Notes under the pieces: model-generated
Told to the model about the DNA's origin: nothing
Database searches by the model: none
The model's input: the letters and a program-made list of their open reading frames with translations, nothing else
Position numbers and translations under genes: made by a program
Part shown: piece after piece, positions 20,013 through 28,244 of the stretch
Numbering within the stretch: the stretch's first letter is position 1
How the letters are laid out: every line of letters starts with the position of its first letter
Origin: Candidatus Rokuibacteriota bacterium
GTDB lineage: Bacteria; JAUVQV01; DATDCY01
Reading direction: 5' to 3'
Assembly: GCA_031406795.1 (NCBI GenBank)
Contig: JANOHV010000118.1
Location: forward strand, 647 to 64,646
DNA: 64,000 nt

Positions 20013-20324
20013 ATGAACTTCAGGGTAAAGGCTTTGATCTTGGCCGGGGCGGTCTTCGGCGCGGCTGCGCTGATTCCGGCAGTGTCTGAGGGTCGCGGCG
20101 GAAACGTCGGCGGCCGGGGACGCTGCGGACAGGCCCAGCAGCAGTGCCGCCAGCAGAACCAGAATTGCCCGCAGGAGCACAAGCGCCTGCGCGACGGCTC
20201 GTGCGGTAACGCTGCGTGCCCCGGACCGGATGGCGGGCAGCGCGGCCCGTGCCCCGGGCCGGACGGCGGCAACCAGGGTTCTGGTGCACCGGGCGGCGGC
20301 GTCGCGCCGCCGGACATTAAGTAG
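20013..20324 (+). CDS. Small secreted Cys/Gly/Gln-rich protein (ZraP-like context, function unknown)
   Basis: ORF trimmed to ATG 20013 (AAGGAGGGGA SD). Signal peptide MNFRVKALILAGAVFGAAALIPAVSEG. The mature part has 6 Cys and an internal duplication CPGPDGGQRGP / CPGPDGGNQGS. Confidence 0.65.
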   Translation: MNFRVKALILAGAVFGAAALIPAVSEGRGGNVGGRGRCGQAQQQCRQQNQNCPQEHKRLRDGSCGNAACPGPDGGQRGPCPGPDGGNQGSGAPGGGVAPPDIK

Positions 20325-20340
20325 GCCGAGGAGCAGAACG

Positions 20341-20865
20341 ATGGGCGCCAGGTGGACGGTCGGCATCGCTCACCTGGCGCTTTTCTTTGCGCTGACGCTC
20401 CGCCCTTCCAACGTCAGCGCCGCCGGCGCGCCGGAGGGATGTGATCAGGTTCTCCCCGGATGTGGCATCTGTTACCCCGGCGGTTACGACGACAACACCG
20501 TCGGCGAAGTCCAGGGGACCATTCTCGATGTGCAGGCGCCCGCCCAGGGGCCGGTGCGCCTGGTTGTCGCCGGCGAACGTGAACAGTGGGTCGTTCTCGC
20601 CGCTCCGTTGGGTCTTCTGGAGAGCATGGCGCTGCATCTTGCTCCGGGAGCCGCGGTCACCGTGCGTGGCTCGAAGAACCTCGGCGCCGACGGTCGCCTG
20701 TACCTCGTCGCCCGTGAGATCCGCGCCGCCGGCGGGAAACCGGGCGTCGTCCTTCGGGATTGTCGGGGAACGCCCCTCTGGAGCGGCGGCTACCGCGGCG
20801 GCCGGAACCCGCTCCCGGAAAGCGCCGATTGTCGCAGCCAGGGCCTGAATGGCTGGCGCCGTTGA
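20341..20865 (+). CDS. Periplasmic OB-fold-like protein, paralogue A (resembles MamS/MamX-domain family from memory)
   Basis: ORF trimmed to ATG 20341 (GGAGCAG SD). Signal-like N-terminus, then CGICYPGGYDDNTVGEVQG, VTVRGSKNLGADGRLYLVAREI and VVLRDCRGTPLWSG. All three blocks are shared with 20884..21363. Confidence 0.6.
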   Translation: MGARWTVGIAHLALFFALTLRPSNVSAAGAPEGCDQVLPGCGICYPGGYDDNTVGEVQGTILDVQAPAQGPVRLVVAGEREQWVVLAAPLGLLESMALHLAPGAAVTVRGSKNLGADGRLYLVAREIRAAGGKPGVVLRDCRGTPLWSGGYRGGRNPLPESADCRSQGLNGWRR

Positions 20866-20883
20866 GGTGCTTGCGGCGCGCTG

Positions 20884-21363
20884 CTAACGTCCGCGCCGGC
20901 CGCACCCCCCGGGGCCGCAACCCGACCAGGCCGGCTTCCCCAGCAGGTCGCGCAGAACAACCGGGCCGTCCGCGCCGGGGAGGCTGATCTCCCGTGCCAC
21001 GAGGTAGAGGTTTCCATCCGCGCCCATGCTCTTCGAGCCCTTCACGCGCACGCGGTCCCCGGGTGCGAGCCTGAGCTTCCGGTCTGCCCAGTACCAGGCC
21101 GGGGCGGCGAAGACGGTGTAGATGTCGCCGCCGACCTCGAGACGAAACGAAACCGGGCCCCACTCCGGCTGGTCGAACGACGCGACGCGACCCTCCACCA
21201 CCCCGACCGTGTTGGGATCGTAGCCCCCCGGATAGCGGATGTCGCAGGCCGGGAGGTTCATCTCCGGCTCCTGCTCCTGGGCGCGGACGGCAGCCGCCGG
21301 CGTCAACGCGATCGCGGCCGCCAGCAGGAGCGGCGCCGGCCGGATCCAGGTGAATCCGTTCAT
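20884..21363 (-). CDS. Periplasmic OB-fold-like protein, paralogue B
   Basis: ORF trimmed to ATG 21363, which overlaps the RR stop (ATGA). CDIRYPGGYDPNTVGVVEG, VRVKGSKSMGADGNLYLVAREI, VVLRDLLGKPAWSG. Confidence 0.6.
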   Translation of the reverse strand: MNGFTWIRPAPLLLAAAIALTPAAAVRAQEQEPEMNLPACDIRYPGGYDPNTVGVVEGRVASFDQPEWGPVSFRLEVGGDIYTVFAAPAWYWADRKLRLAPGDRVRVKGSKSMGADGNLYLVAREISLPGADGPVVLRDLLGKPAWSGCGPGGCGRRGR

Positions 21364-22685
21364 GACAACCCGTACTCCTTGAGGCGGTATTGCAGCGTGC
21401 GGAGCGAAATGCCGAGCGTTGCGGCCGCCTTGCGCCGATTCCCCGCGCTCTCGCGCAGGACGCGTTCGATCGCCTCGCGCTCGACATCCTTGAGCTCGCC
21501 GCCGCCGCGACACTCAGCGGGGGACTCCAGGTTCAGGTGGCCGGGATCGATCTGCTCCCGCGCGAGGATGACGGCCCTCTCCACGACGTTCTGGAGTTCC
21601 CGGATATTCCCGGGCCAGGCGTAGTGCCGCAGGTCCTGCCGCGCCGCGTCCGAGAAGCGATCGACCTGTTTGCCGAACCGCGCCGAGTACCTCGCGCGAA
21701 AGAAATCCGCCAGCGGGAGGACCGCGTCCGTGCGCTCCGCGAGCGGCGGCAGGCGCAACGGAAAGACGTTGAGACGATAGTAGAGGTCCTCACGGAATTT
21801 CCCCTCGGCGACGTGCGCCTTGAGATCGCGATTCGTCGCGGCGATGACTCTCACATCCACCGGGACCGGCCGGGCGCCTCCCACCCGCTCGACGACGCGC
21901 TCCTGAAGGACCCGCAACAGTTTGACCTGCACCGATGGCGCGATCTCCCCGACTTCGTCGAGGAAGAGCGTCCCGCCATCGGCGAGTTCGAAGCGCCCCT
22001 TGCGGGCGGCCACGGCCCCGGTGAACGCGCCGCGCTCGTGCCCGAAAAGCTCGCTCTCGAGGAGACTTTCGGCGAGGGCGGCGCAATTCACCGCCACGAA
22101 GGGTTGCTCGCGACGCGGGCTCCAGGCGTGGATCACGCGCGCGAGCACCTCCTTGCCGGTCCCGCTGGCACCCGTCAGCAGGACGCTGGCCGTCGTGGGC
22201 GCGACCTCGCGCACCATAACCTGCACCTGCTCCATCGCTGCGCCGAGAAAGATGAGCTCTACCGGTGGGAAGTCCTTGCCGAGTTCCTCGGACAGCAGAT
22301 TGATCCGCGCCTCGCTCTCCGCCTCCCGCAGCGCCCGCCTCACGACCAGCCGCAGTTCGTCGGGGCTGTCGAAGGGCTTGAGCAGGTAATCGGCCGCCCC
22401 GGCTTTCATGGCCTCGACGGCGCTCTCGACGCTGCCGTGCGCGGTGATGACGATCCACCGCGCCTCGGGCCGGAGCTTTCGGCCCTCCTTGAGCAGGGAG
22501 AGCCCGTCGAGCCCCGGCATCTTCAGATCGGTGATCACCAGATCCCAGGAATCGAGCCCGAGGCGGGCCAGACCGGCCGCGCCATCGGGCGCGCTCTCCA
22601 CCCGGTGGCCCTCCGCCGCGAGGACTTCCATCAGGAAAGACCGCATCAGGGCGTCATCCTCGACGACGAGAACCGCGCGGCCCAT
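21360..22685 (-). CDS. Sigma-54-dependent response regulator (NtrC family)
   Basis: 441 aa. REC VLVVEDD / LVITDLKMPG, AAA+ GASGTGKE, ERGAFTGA, HTH AAATLGISLRTLQYRLKEYG. Confidence 0.9.
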   Translation of the reverse strand: MGRAVLVVEDDALMRSFLMEVLAAEGHRVESAPDGAAGLARLGLDSWDLVITDLKMPGLDGLSLLKEGRKLRPEARWIVITAHGSVESAVEAMKAGAADYLLKPFDSPDELRLVVRRALREAESEARINLLSEELGKDFPPVELIFLGAAMEQVQVMVREVAPTTASVLLTGASGTGKEVLARVIHAWSPRREQPFVAVNCAALAESLLESELFGHERGAFTGAVAARKGRFELADGGTLFLDEVGEIAPSVQVKLLRVLQERVVERVGGARPVPVDVRVIAATNRDLKAHVAEGKFREDLYYRLNVFPLRLPPLAERTDAVLPLADFFRARYSARFGKQVDRFSDAARQDLRHYAWPGNIRELQNVVERAVILAREQIDPGHLNLESPAECRGGGELKDVEREAIERVLRESAGNRRKAAATLGISLRTLQYRLKEYGLS

Positions 22686-22686
22686 C

Positions 22687-23946
22687 TCAGACGCCGGCCC
22701 GGGGGAGCAGCAGGGTGAAGGCCGCCCCTGCCGCGCCTTCCCGGTTCTTCAGTTCGATGATCCCGCCCATGCCCTCAACCACCTTTTTCGCATACGCCAG
22801 CCCAAGCCCGGTGCCGGTCGTCCGCGTAGTGTAGAAGGGAGTGAACAACTTGGGAAGCGCCTCCGGGGCGATGCCGTCCCCCGAGTCCTCGAGCCGGATC
22901 GCAACCCGGTCGCCCTGCCGCCGAAGGCTCACGCGAAGCAGACCCGTTGCGCCCATCGCCTGAAGTGCGTTGCGGACGGCGTTGACGATGACCCGCTCGA
23001 GCTTCTCGGCGTCGGCGCGCACCCGCAGACCGGGCTCAAGATCGAATTCCACGCGGCCCTGCCAGGTATCCACCGAGGCGGCGATCGTCGACAGCAGCGG
23101 CGCGGGGTCGACATCCGCGATCGTGAAACGCTCCTCCCGGGAGAAGAGCAGTAGATCCTCCACGAGGTGCTCGATCCGCGCCACGCCGCGCAGGACCGTC
23201 GCGAGTTGCTGCGCCCGGGGGTCGGCGGCCTCCGTCCGCTCCGCGGCCAGCTGCGCGTAGCCCTTGACGCTGCCGATGGCGTTGCGGATCTCATGGGCCA
23301 GCGTCGAGGTCATCTGCCCGACCAGGGCCAGCGACTCGCCTCGCTCGGCCATGCGACGATGTCTCTCGGAGCGCGCCGCCAGAACGACGACGAGCAGCCC
23401 GCCGGCCCACAGCAGCGCCAGCACCGCGCCGACGCTCCACCAGAGCCGCCCGATGCGGGCGATCATCCGGTCGGTGTCGAAGGTGTGGAGCGCGAGGCGG
23501 AGCAGCGCCGGCGGGCCGTCCCGCTGCGGCAACAGGCGGTCGTAGAGCAGGACCGGCCGGCCGGTGCCGAGGAGTGCGCGGCGGCTCGCGGTCGGCCCGT
23601 CCGCCAGCCGGCCGAAAGCCGCGCTGTCGTCGAAGGGGCCGCCGCGCAGGTCGGGGTTAGTGTGGAAGAGAATGACCCCGTCCGTGGACGCGATCAGCGC
23701 GTAAGCCACGATCCGATCGGAAAAGAGCCGCTCGAACTGCACGACGCGGCCCTCCTCTGCCCTGAGTACCTGCTCGGCGGCGAGGGAGATGCCGCGCGCG
23801 GTGTTTTCCAGGGATTGCCCGGCCAAGGTGCGAACGGCCCGGTCGGCGAAATAGGTGGATGAGAGAATGCCGGCCGAGGCGGCCAGCAGCGCGACGATGA
23901 CCGGCAGCGTGCGGTAGGTGGCGCTGTGTGGAAGATTGGTGCGCAT
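22687..23946 (-). CDS. Membrane sensor histidine kinase
   Basis: ORF 22687..23967 begins with TTG, so I prefer ATG 23946. Two TM helices flank a periplasmic domain. H-box TSTLAHEIRNAI, N-box VIVNAVRNALQA, G1 DSGDGI, G2 GTGLGL. Confidence 0.88.
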   Translation of the reverse strand: MRTNLPHSATYRTLPVIVALLAASAGILSSTYFADRAVRTLAGQSLENTARGISLAAEQVLRAEEGRVVQFERLFSDRIVAYALIASTDGVILFHTNPDLRGGPFDDSAAFGRLADGPTASRRALLGTGRPVLLYDRLLPQRDGPPALLRLALHTFDTDRMIARIGRLWWSVGAVLALLWAGGLLVVVLAARSERHRRMAERGESLALVGQMTSTLAHEIRNAIGSVKGYAQLAAERTEAADPRAQQLATVLRGVARIEHLVEDLLLFSREERFTIADVDPAPLLSTIAASVDTWQGRVEFDLEPGLRVRADAEKLERVIVNAVRNALQAMGATGLLRVSLRRQGDRVAIRLEDSGDGIAPEALPKLFTPFYTTRTTGTGLGLAYAKKVVEGMGGIIELKNREGAAGAAFTLLLPRAGV

Positions 23947-23999
23947 CACTGCACGGGATTGTACCAACGAACCGCTCCCGCAGGCGTGCGGGTCTCAGT

Positions 24000-24380
24000 T
24001 CAGTGAGCGCATCCGCCGTCTTTGCCGTGTCCGGCGCACGTGCCGTGGGGTTCGATGACCGGCAGGCCGCCCGATCCGAGCAAGGCGAGGTTCTCCCTGA
24101 TCGTTGGGGCCAGCGACCGGTGGACCTTGATACCCAGACGGTTCAACCCGGAGAGCGCACCGGTGCCGATGCCCCCGACGACGACGGCGTCCACGCTGTG
24201 GCCGTCGAGCGCCCGCGTCGGGTTGCAGGCGCCATGGGCGTGCAGCCGGTCCCCGTTGGAAACCGAGACGACGGCGCTCGTCTCCAACTCTGCGATCACG
24301 AAAACCGGCGCCGAGCCGAAGTGGTTGTACACGACACTGTCGATTCCGACATCATCCTGAACGGGGAAAGCGATCCTCAT
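24000..24380 (-). CDS. NifB/NifX-family (dinitrogenase FeMo-cofactor-binding fold) small protein
   Basis: 126 aa, GGAGG SD. MRIAFPVQDD...HFGSAPVFVI...VDAVVVGGIGTGALSGLNRLGIKV is typical of the family. The C-terminal tail is Cys/His-rich. Confidence 0.75.
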   Translation of the reverse strand: MRIAFPVQDDVGIDSVVYNHFGSAPVFVIAELETSAVVSVSNGDRLHAHGACNPTRALDGHSVDAVVVGGIGTGALSGLNRLGIKVHRSLAPTIRENLALLGSGGLPVIEPHGTCAGHGKDGGCAH

Positions 24381-24584
24381 GGCAGCCTCCTGGTTACAAC
24401 GCTCCTGCAGCCCTGGGATCAGTTATCGCGGGCTTGCTCGACTTAGTAAATTCAACGGTGTGTGACGCGAAAAACCGCATTTCTCGTTCGATGATAATTG
24501 GACAGGATCGATGCATGGAGCGGAGCCTGGTCGACACGGCCGACTTGTCGACCGCCTTGGCTAGGGCAGTCGCTTTGTGCTATG

Positions 24585-24594
24585 TTGTATACAA
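24585..24594. promoter_or_regulatory. Perfect 10-bp palindrome TTGTATACAA (candidate antitoxin operator)
   Basis: It lies directly upstream of the AGGAGG SD of the RHH antitoxin gene, and the -10-like TATGTT overlaps it. Confidence 0.4.
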
Positions 24595-24609
24595 AGGAGG
24601 ACGCGGCCT

Positions 24610-24882
24610 ATGGGACAGACCACCACGATGACGGTGCGGTTGCCGGCGGAGGTTGCGATTCGCCTTGAAGAGATCGCCCGCGCGACTGACCGCACGAAAT
24701 CTTTTCTGGCCGGTCGGGCGATCGAGGAGTTCGTTTCCGCGCAGGAGTGGCAGGTGCACGCCATTGAAGAGGCGGTGGGGGAAGCCGACGCACCCGGGGC
24801 CAAGTTCCTTGACCATGAGGAAGTTGTGGCACGGATGCACAAGCGCTCGGCCGATCACGCCGTCAAGAGCCGCCCCCGGTGA
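24610..24882 (+). CDS. Ribbon-helix-helix (CopG/ParD-like) antitoxin
   Basis: Start at ATG 24610 after AGGAGG. MTVRLPAEVAIRLEEIARATDRTKSFLAGRAIEEFV is a canonical RHH. It overlaps the toxin start by 4 nt. Confidence 0.8.
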   Translation: MGQTTTMTVRLPAEVAIRLEEIARATDRTKSFLAGRAIEEFVSAQEWQVHAIEEAVGEADAPGAKFLDHEEVVARMHKRSADHAVKSRPR

Positions 24883-25157
24883 AGGTGCAGTGGCTCCAAG
24901 CTGCTGCCGATGACCTCGACCATCTCTACGCGTACATCGGCCGGGACAACCCTGCGGCCGCAGGGAGTGAAGCGTTGCGGGTTCTGGATGCCGCTGGGCA
25001 GCTCGGTGTTCATCCTGCGATGGGGCGGGCCGGGCGGGTGGCTGGCACGCGGGAGCTTGTAGTCGCTCCCTATGTCATCGCTTATCGGGTGAAGTCCGGT
25101 TCCGTTCAGGTTCTCCGGGTTCTCCACGCAGCGAGGAAGTGGCCGGACGCGCTCTGA
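24879..25157 (+). CDS. ParE/RelE-superfamily type II toxin
   Basis: 92 aa, GTG start. The pattern WLQAAADDLDHLYAYI...PAMGRAGRVAGTRELVVAPYVIAYRV...VQVLRVLHAARKW is typical of ParE-like toxins. Confidence 0.8.
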   Translation: MKVQWLQAAADDLDHLYAYIGRDNPAAAGSEALRVLDAAGQLGVHPAMGRAGRVAGTRELVVAPYVIAYRVKSGSVQVLRVLHAARKWPDAL

Positions 25158-26475
25158 TGCGCTCTGATGCGCTTCGCCTGATTGTCTGGGTGCTCCGAAG
25201 CGTGGAGCACGTACGAGCAGACCAAGTATCATATGCGACAATGACGCTGGGCTCGACCAGGCTGCACGAGGCCTGGTAGCCGCACCGGTTGGCGAGGGAG
25301 AGGCAACGAGATGGCGCGCGGAAAGATCAGGAGCGGCGCAGCAGGCAGCACGAGCGCCGCCACCGTTGGCTACGAGGCGCAACTCTGGTAGATGGCCGAT
25401 GCGCTGCGCAACAACATGGACGCGGCCGAATACAAGCACGTCGTCCTCGGGCTGATCTTCCTGAAGTACATCTCCGACGTCTTCGAAGCCCGACACGCCG
25501 AGCTGGCGGCTCAGAAGGCGCACGGTGCCGACCCCGAGGACCCCGACGAGTACCGCCGCGAGCATCTTCTGGGTGCCGAAAGAGGCACGCTGGTCGCTGC
25601 TGAAGGCCAAGGCCCCGCAGCCGACCATCGGCACGCTGGTGGACGACGCAATGGCCGCCATCGAGCGCGATAACCCATCGCTCAAGGGCGTGTTGCCGAA
25701 GGACTTCGGCCGCGCCGGACTCGACAAGCAGCGTCTCGGCCAGATCATCAATCTTGTCAGCGACATCGCGCTCGGCAGCAGCGCCGACCGGGCCAAGGAC
25801 ACGCTTGGCCGCGTCTACGAGCACTTCCTGTCGCGATTCGCCAGCGCCGAGGGGAAGAGCGGCGGGCAGTTCTACACCCCCTCGAGCGTCGTGCGCGTGC
25901 TGGTCGAGATGCTCGCCCCCTACAAAGGCCGCGTCTACGACCCCTGCTGCGGCTCGGGCGGGATGTTCGTCCAGAGCGAGAAGTTCGTCGAGGCCCACGC
26001 CGGCACCATCGGCGACATCTCGATCTACGGCCAGGAGTCCAACTACACTACCTGGCGGCTTGCGAAGATGAACCTCGCGATCCGCGGCATCGACGCCCAG
26101 ATCGGCCACGGTGACACCTTCCACCACGACGCCCACCCCGACCTCAAGGCCGACTACGTGCTCGCCAATCCGCCGTTCAACGACAGCGACTGGCGCGGCG
26201 AGCTGCTCAAGGGGGACAAACGCTGGGTCTACGGCGCGCCGCCCGCGGGCAACGCCAACTTCGCCTGGATGCAGCACTTCATCCACCAGCTGGCGCCCAA
26301 CGGGATCGCGGGCTTCGTGCTCGCCAACGGCTCGATGTCCTCGAACCAGGCGGGCGAGGGAGAGATCCGCAAGGCGATCGTCGAGGCCGATCTCGTCGAC
26401 TGCATGGTGGCGATGCCGGGCCAACTCTTCTACTCGACGCAGATCCCGGTCTGCCTCTGGTTTCTGACGCGCGAC

Positions 26476-26537
26476 AAAAGGGGACAAACCCGGAAAAAAG
26501 GGACTGACCCAAGCAAAGCGGGGTCTGTCCCCTTTTT
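26476..26537. repeat. Inverted-repeat mini-element inside hsdM coding frame
   Basis: AAAAGGGGACAAACCC (26476-26491) pairs with GGGTCTGTCCCCTTTT (26521-36), 1 mismatch. Translated in frame it gives [20 protein letters not shown], between the conserved LWFL and [12 protein letters not shown] blocks. Confidence 0.7.
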
Positions 26538-26683
26538 CCGCTCTTGTCGCGACCGTCGCGGCGAAACTCTGTTCATCGACGCCCGCAAAATGGGTTCTCT
26601 TGTTGATCGCACGCACCGCGAGCTGACCGACGATGATCTTGCGAAGATCGCCGGCACCTATCACGCTTGGTGTGGCGACAAAT

Positions 26684-26716
26684 CCGTTCGCCCTGAGCCA
26701 GTCGAAGGGCGAACGG
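26684..26716. repeat. 33-bp palindromic REP CCGTTCGCCCTGAGCCAGTCGAAGGGCGAACGG inside hsdM frame
   Basis: Perfect 11-bp arms. Exactly 11 codons ([11 protein letters not shown]) inserted in frame. Related to the CCGTTCGTGCTGAGC elements at 35276-35330. Confidence 0.8.
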
Positions 26717-26971
26717 CTTACGGGGACATCCCCGGCTTCTGCAAATCCGCGAGCCTCGACGACATCCGCAAGCACGGCCACGTCCTCACCCCCGGCCGCT
26801 ACGTCGGCGCCGAGGCAATCGTGGACGACGGCGAGCCGTTCGCGGAGAAGATGCAGCGGCTGACCGCGACTCTCGAGGGTCAATTCGAGGAATCGCGCCG
26901 GCTGGAGAAGGAGATCCGCAAGAATCTCAAGCACTTGGGGTTTGAGTAAAGCCGATGAGACTAAATCCGGT

Positions 26972-27005
26972 TTGTGTAAAGCAAAATGCAGGATTCTTTA
27001 CACAA
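26972..27005. repeat. 10-bp inverted repeat TTGTGTAAAG / CTTTACACAA (hairpin after hsdM stop)
   Basis: Read directly; 14-nt loop and no U-tract, so not a clear intrinsic terminator. Confidence 0.6.
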
Positions 27006-27058
27006 GCCCAGCTCAACGGCCGCAATTTCTTCGCCATCAAAGTTTCCTTAAACCCTTG

Positions 27059-27087
27059 TTGACAATGTCACACAGGCGTCATACATT
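27059..27087 (+). promoter_or_regulatory. Sigma-70 promoter candidate (TTGACA-17-TACATT)
   Basis: Perfect -35 and 17-nt spacer. The -10 ends 6 nt before GTG 27094, implying a leaderless or near-leaderless transcript. Confidence 0.45.
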
Positions 27088-27093
27088 GACTCT

Positions 27094-27594
27094 GTGATAG
27101 TTTTTGACGCTTCCACCCTCATCCTCACCGCACGCATCGACCTCTTGCACCTTATTGCCGGCGACTATCGGGGAAGGATGCTCCTCCCCGATGCCGTGGA
27201 GCGGGAAGCCTGCCGCAAAGGTTTCCCGGATGGCGCGGCGATCCGACAGTTCATCGAGGCCGGCCGGATTGAGGTCGTCGTGGTCAAGGTTTCACGCGAA
27301 CTGGAAAAGCTGGAAGAGGACTTGGCGATCGGCCGTGGGGAGGGAACGGCAATTCTGCTGGCACGCAACAAGCAGGCGGACCTTGTCGCGACCGACGATC
27401 GCAACGCCATCCGGGCCTGCCGGCTTCTCGGTCTTGGCTTCGTTTCGACACCGGCGCTCCTGGTGCGGGCGGTAGAGAAGGGAATCATCGCGAGGAAGGA
27501 AGGACTCTTGAAGCTCGGGAAGCTGCAGGCCATCGGGCGGTATCGGCAGGAGATCATTGCCCACGCGGCGGCAGCTATCGGGGAGGTGAAGTGA
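27094..27594 (+). CDS. PIN-like nuclease-fold protein (DUF3368-type toxin candidate)
   Basis: 166 aa, GTG start. MIVFDASTLILTARIDLLHLI...GRGEGTAILLA...LVATDDRNAIRACRLLG matches my memory of DUF3368/PIN partners of UPF0175. Confidence 0.65.
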   Translation: MIVFDASTLILTARIDLLHLIAGDYRGRMLLPDAVEREACRKGFPDGAAIRQFIEAGRIEVVVVKVSRELEKLEEDLAIGRGEGTAILLARNKQADLVATDDRNAIRACRLLGLGFVSTPALLVRAVEKGIIARKEGLLKLGKLQAIGRYRQEIIAHAAAAIGEVK

Positions 27595-27595
27595 C

Positions 27596-27895
27596 ATGGC
27601 GACGAAGACCCTGAGTGTACGCATGAAAGCCGAGGAGTATCGTTTTCTCTCCGACCTGGCCGAGGAGGAGCGCGAGGACCTCTCCACGACCCTGCGGGAG
27701 TTGATGGAAAAGGGCCGAGTGCTGCTTGCGATCGAGAAGTACCGTCGCGGCGAGGCCTCGCTTGAAAAGGCGGCGCGTCTCGCTGGTGCCTCGATGGCCC
27801 GGATGATGGAGGTCCTGCGCGAGTACGGCGTGACCCTGAACCTCGAGTCCGAGGACTACCAGGCCGGTCTGACGCGATTGCGCAAGGCTTGGTAG
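27596..27895 (+). CDS. UPF0175-family antitoxin candidate
   Basis: 99 aa, ATG 1 nt after the upstream stop. LAIEKYRRGEASLEKAARLAGASMARMMEVLREYGV is the UPF0175 HTH-like core. Confidence 0.65.
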   Translation: MATKTLSVRMKAEEYRFLSDLAEEEREDLSTTLRELMEKGRVLLAIEKYRRGEASLEKAARLAGASMARMMEVLREYGVTLNLESEDYQAGLTRLRKAW

Positions 27896-28161
27896 CTGAG
27901 GTGAGTGAATGGCACGAGGTAACTGTTGCGTACCCTGCGATTCGGCCAGAAGTTGTCGTCGCAACGCGAGTGCTACTGCCTGGCGACAAGGTGCTCGCTC
28001 GGTTCTCGATGCTTGCCGAACCGCTGCTTGCCAAAATAGCGCAAGGCGCGCGTGAATCCCGCACCCTCACCGCCCTCCGCGACACCCTTCTCCCCAAGTT
28101 CATTGCCGGGGAGATTCGTCTGAAAGCTGCCGAGAAATTCTTGGCGGGTGACAGAGCATGA
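27889..28161 (+). pseudogene. hsdS: C-terminal remnant of type I R-M specificity subunit HsdS
   Basis: Only about 85 aa. The ending ESRTLTALRDTLLPKFIAGEIRL is the conserved HsdS C-terminal coiled-coil motif. No target-recognition domains are present, and the ORF-track start is TTG. Confidence 0.65.
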
Positions 28162-28244
28162 CCAACATTCCTGAACAACGTATCACGGGTACTCCAGAAA
28201 CACGTATGGTGTAACCGCACGAGTGTATGGTATAAGCATTCATC

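Larger units (their letters stand above)
25311..26949 (+). pseudogene. hsdM: Type I restriction-modification methyltransferase subunit HsdM, disrupted (in-frame TAG + frameshift, two in-frame hairpin insertions)
   Basis: MARGKIRSGAAGSTSAATVGYEAQLW, then TAG at 25389-25391, then [31 protein letters not shown]. The frame switches near 25560-25564 (DEYRRE | [10 protein letters not shown]). Downstream the motifs [14 protein letters not shown] and NPPFN are intact. Confidence 0.75.

Noticed and set aside
20866-20883. A bidirectional terminator between the convergent paralogues.
   Set aside because: There is only a loop-less GC near-palindrome (GCGGCGCGCTGC) with no U/A tracts, so it cannot form a credible hairpin.
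25389-25391. In-frame TAG codons (also 60589-60591) as programmed recoding or pyrrolysine.
   Set aside because: Many clearly complete genes here terminate with TAG (for example SulP at 47853-55 and the RR at 857-859). No pyl genes were seen, and both cases are in decaying accessory genes.
27359-27374. TGGCACGCAACAAGCA has the correct -24/-12 spacing.
   Set aside because: It lies inside the PIN-like coding sequence, the -12 element lacks the TT of TTGC, and there is no downstream gene start. It is probably chance in GC-rich DNA.
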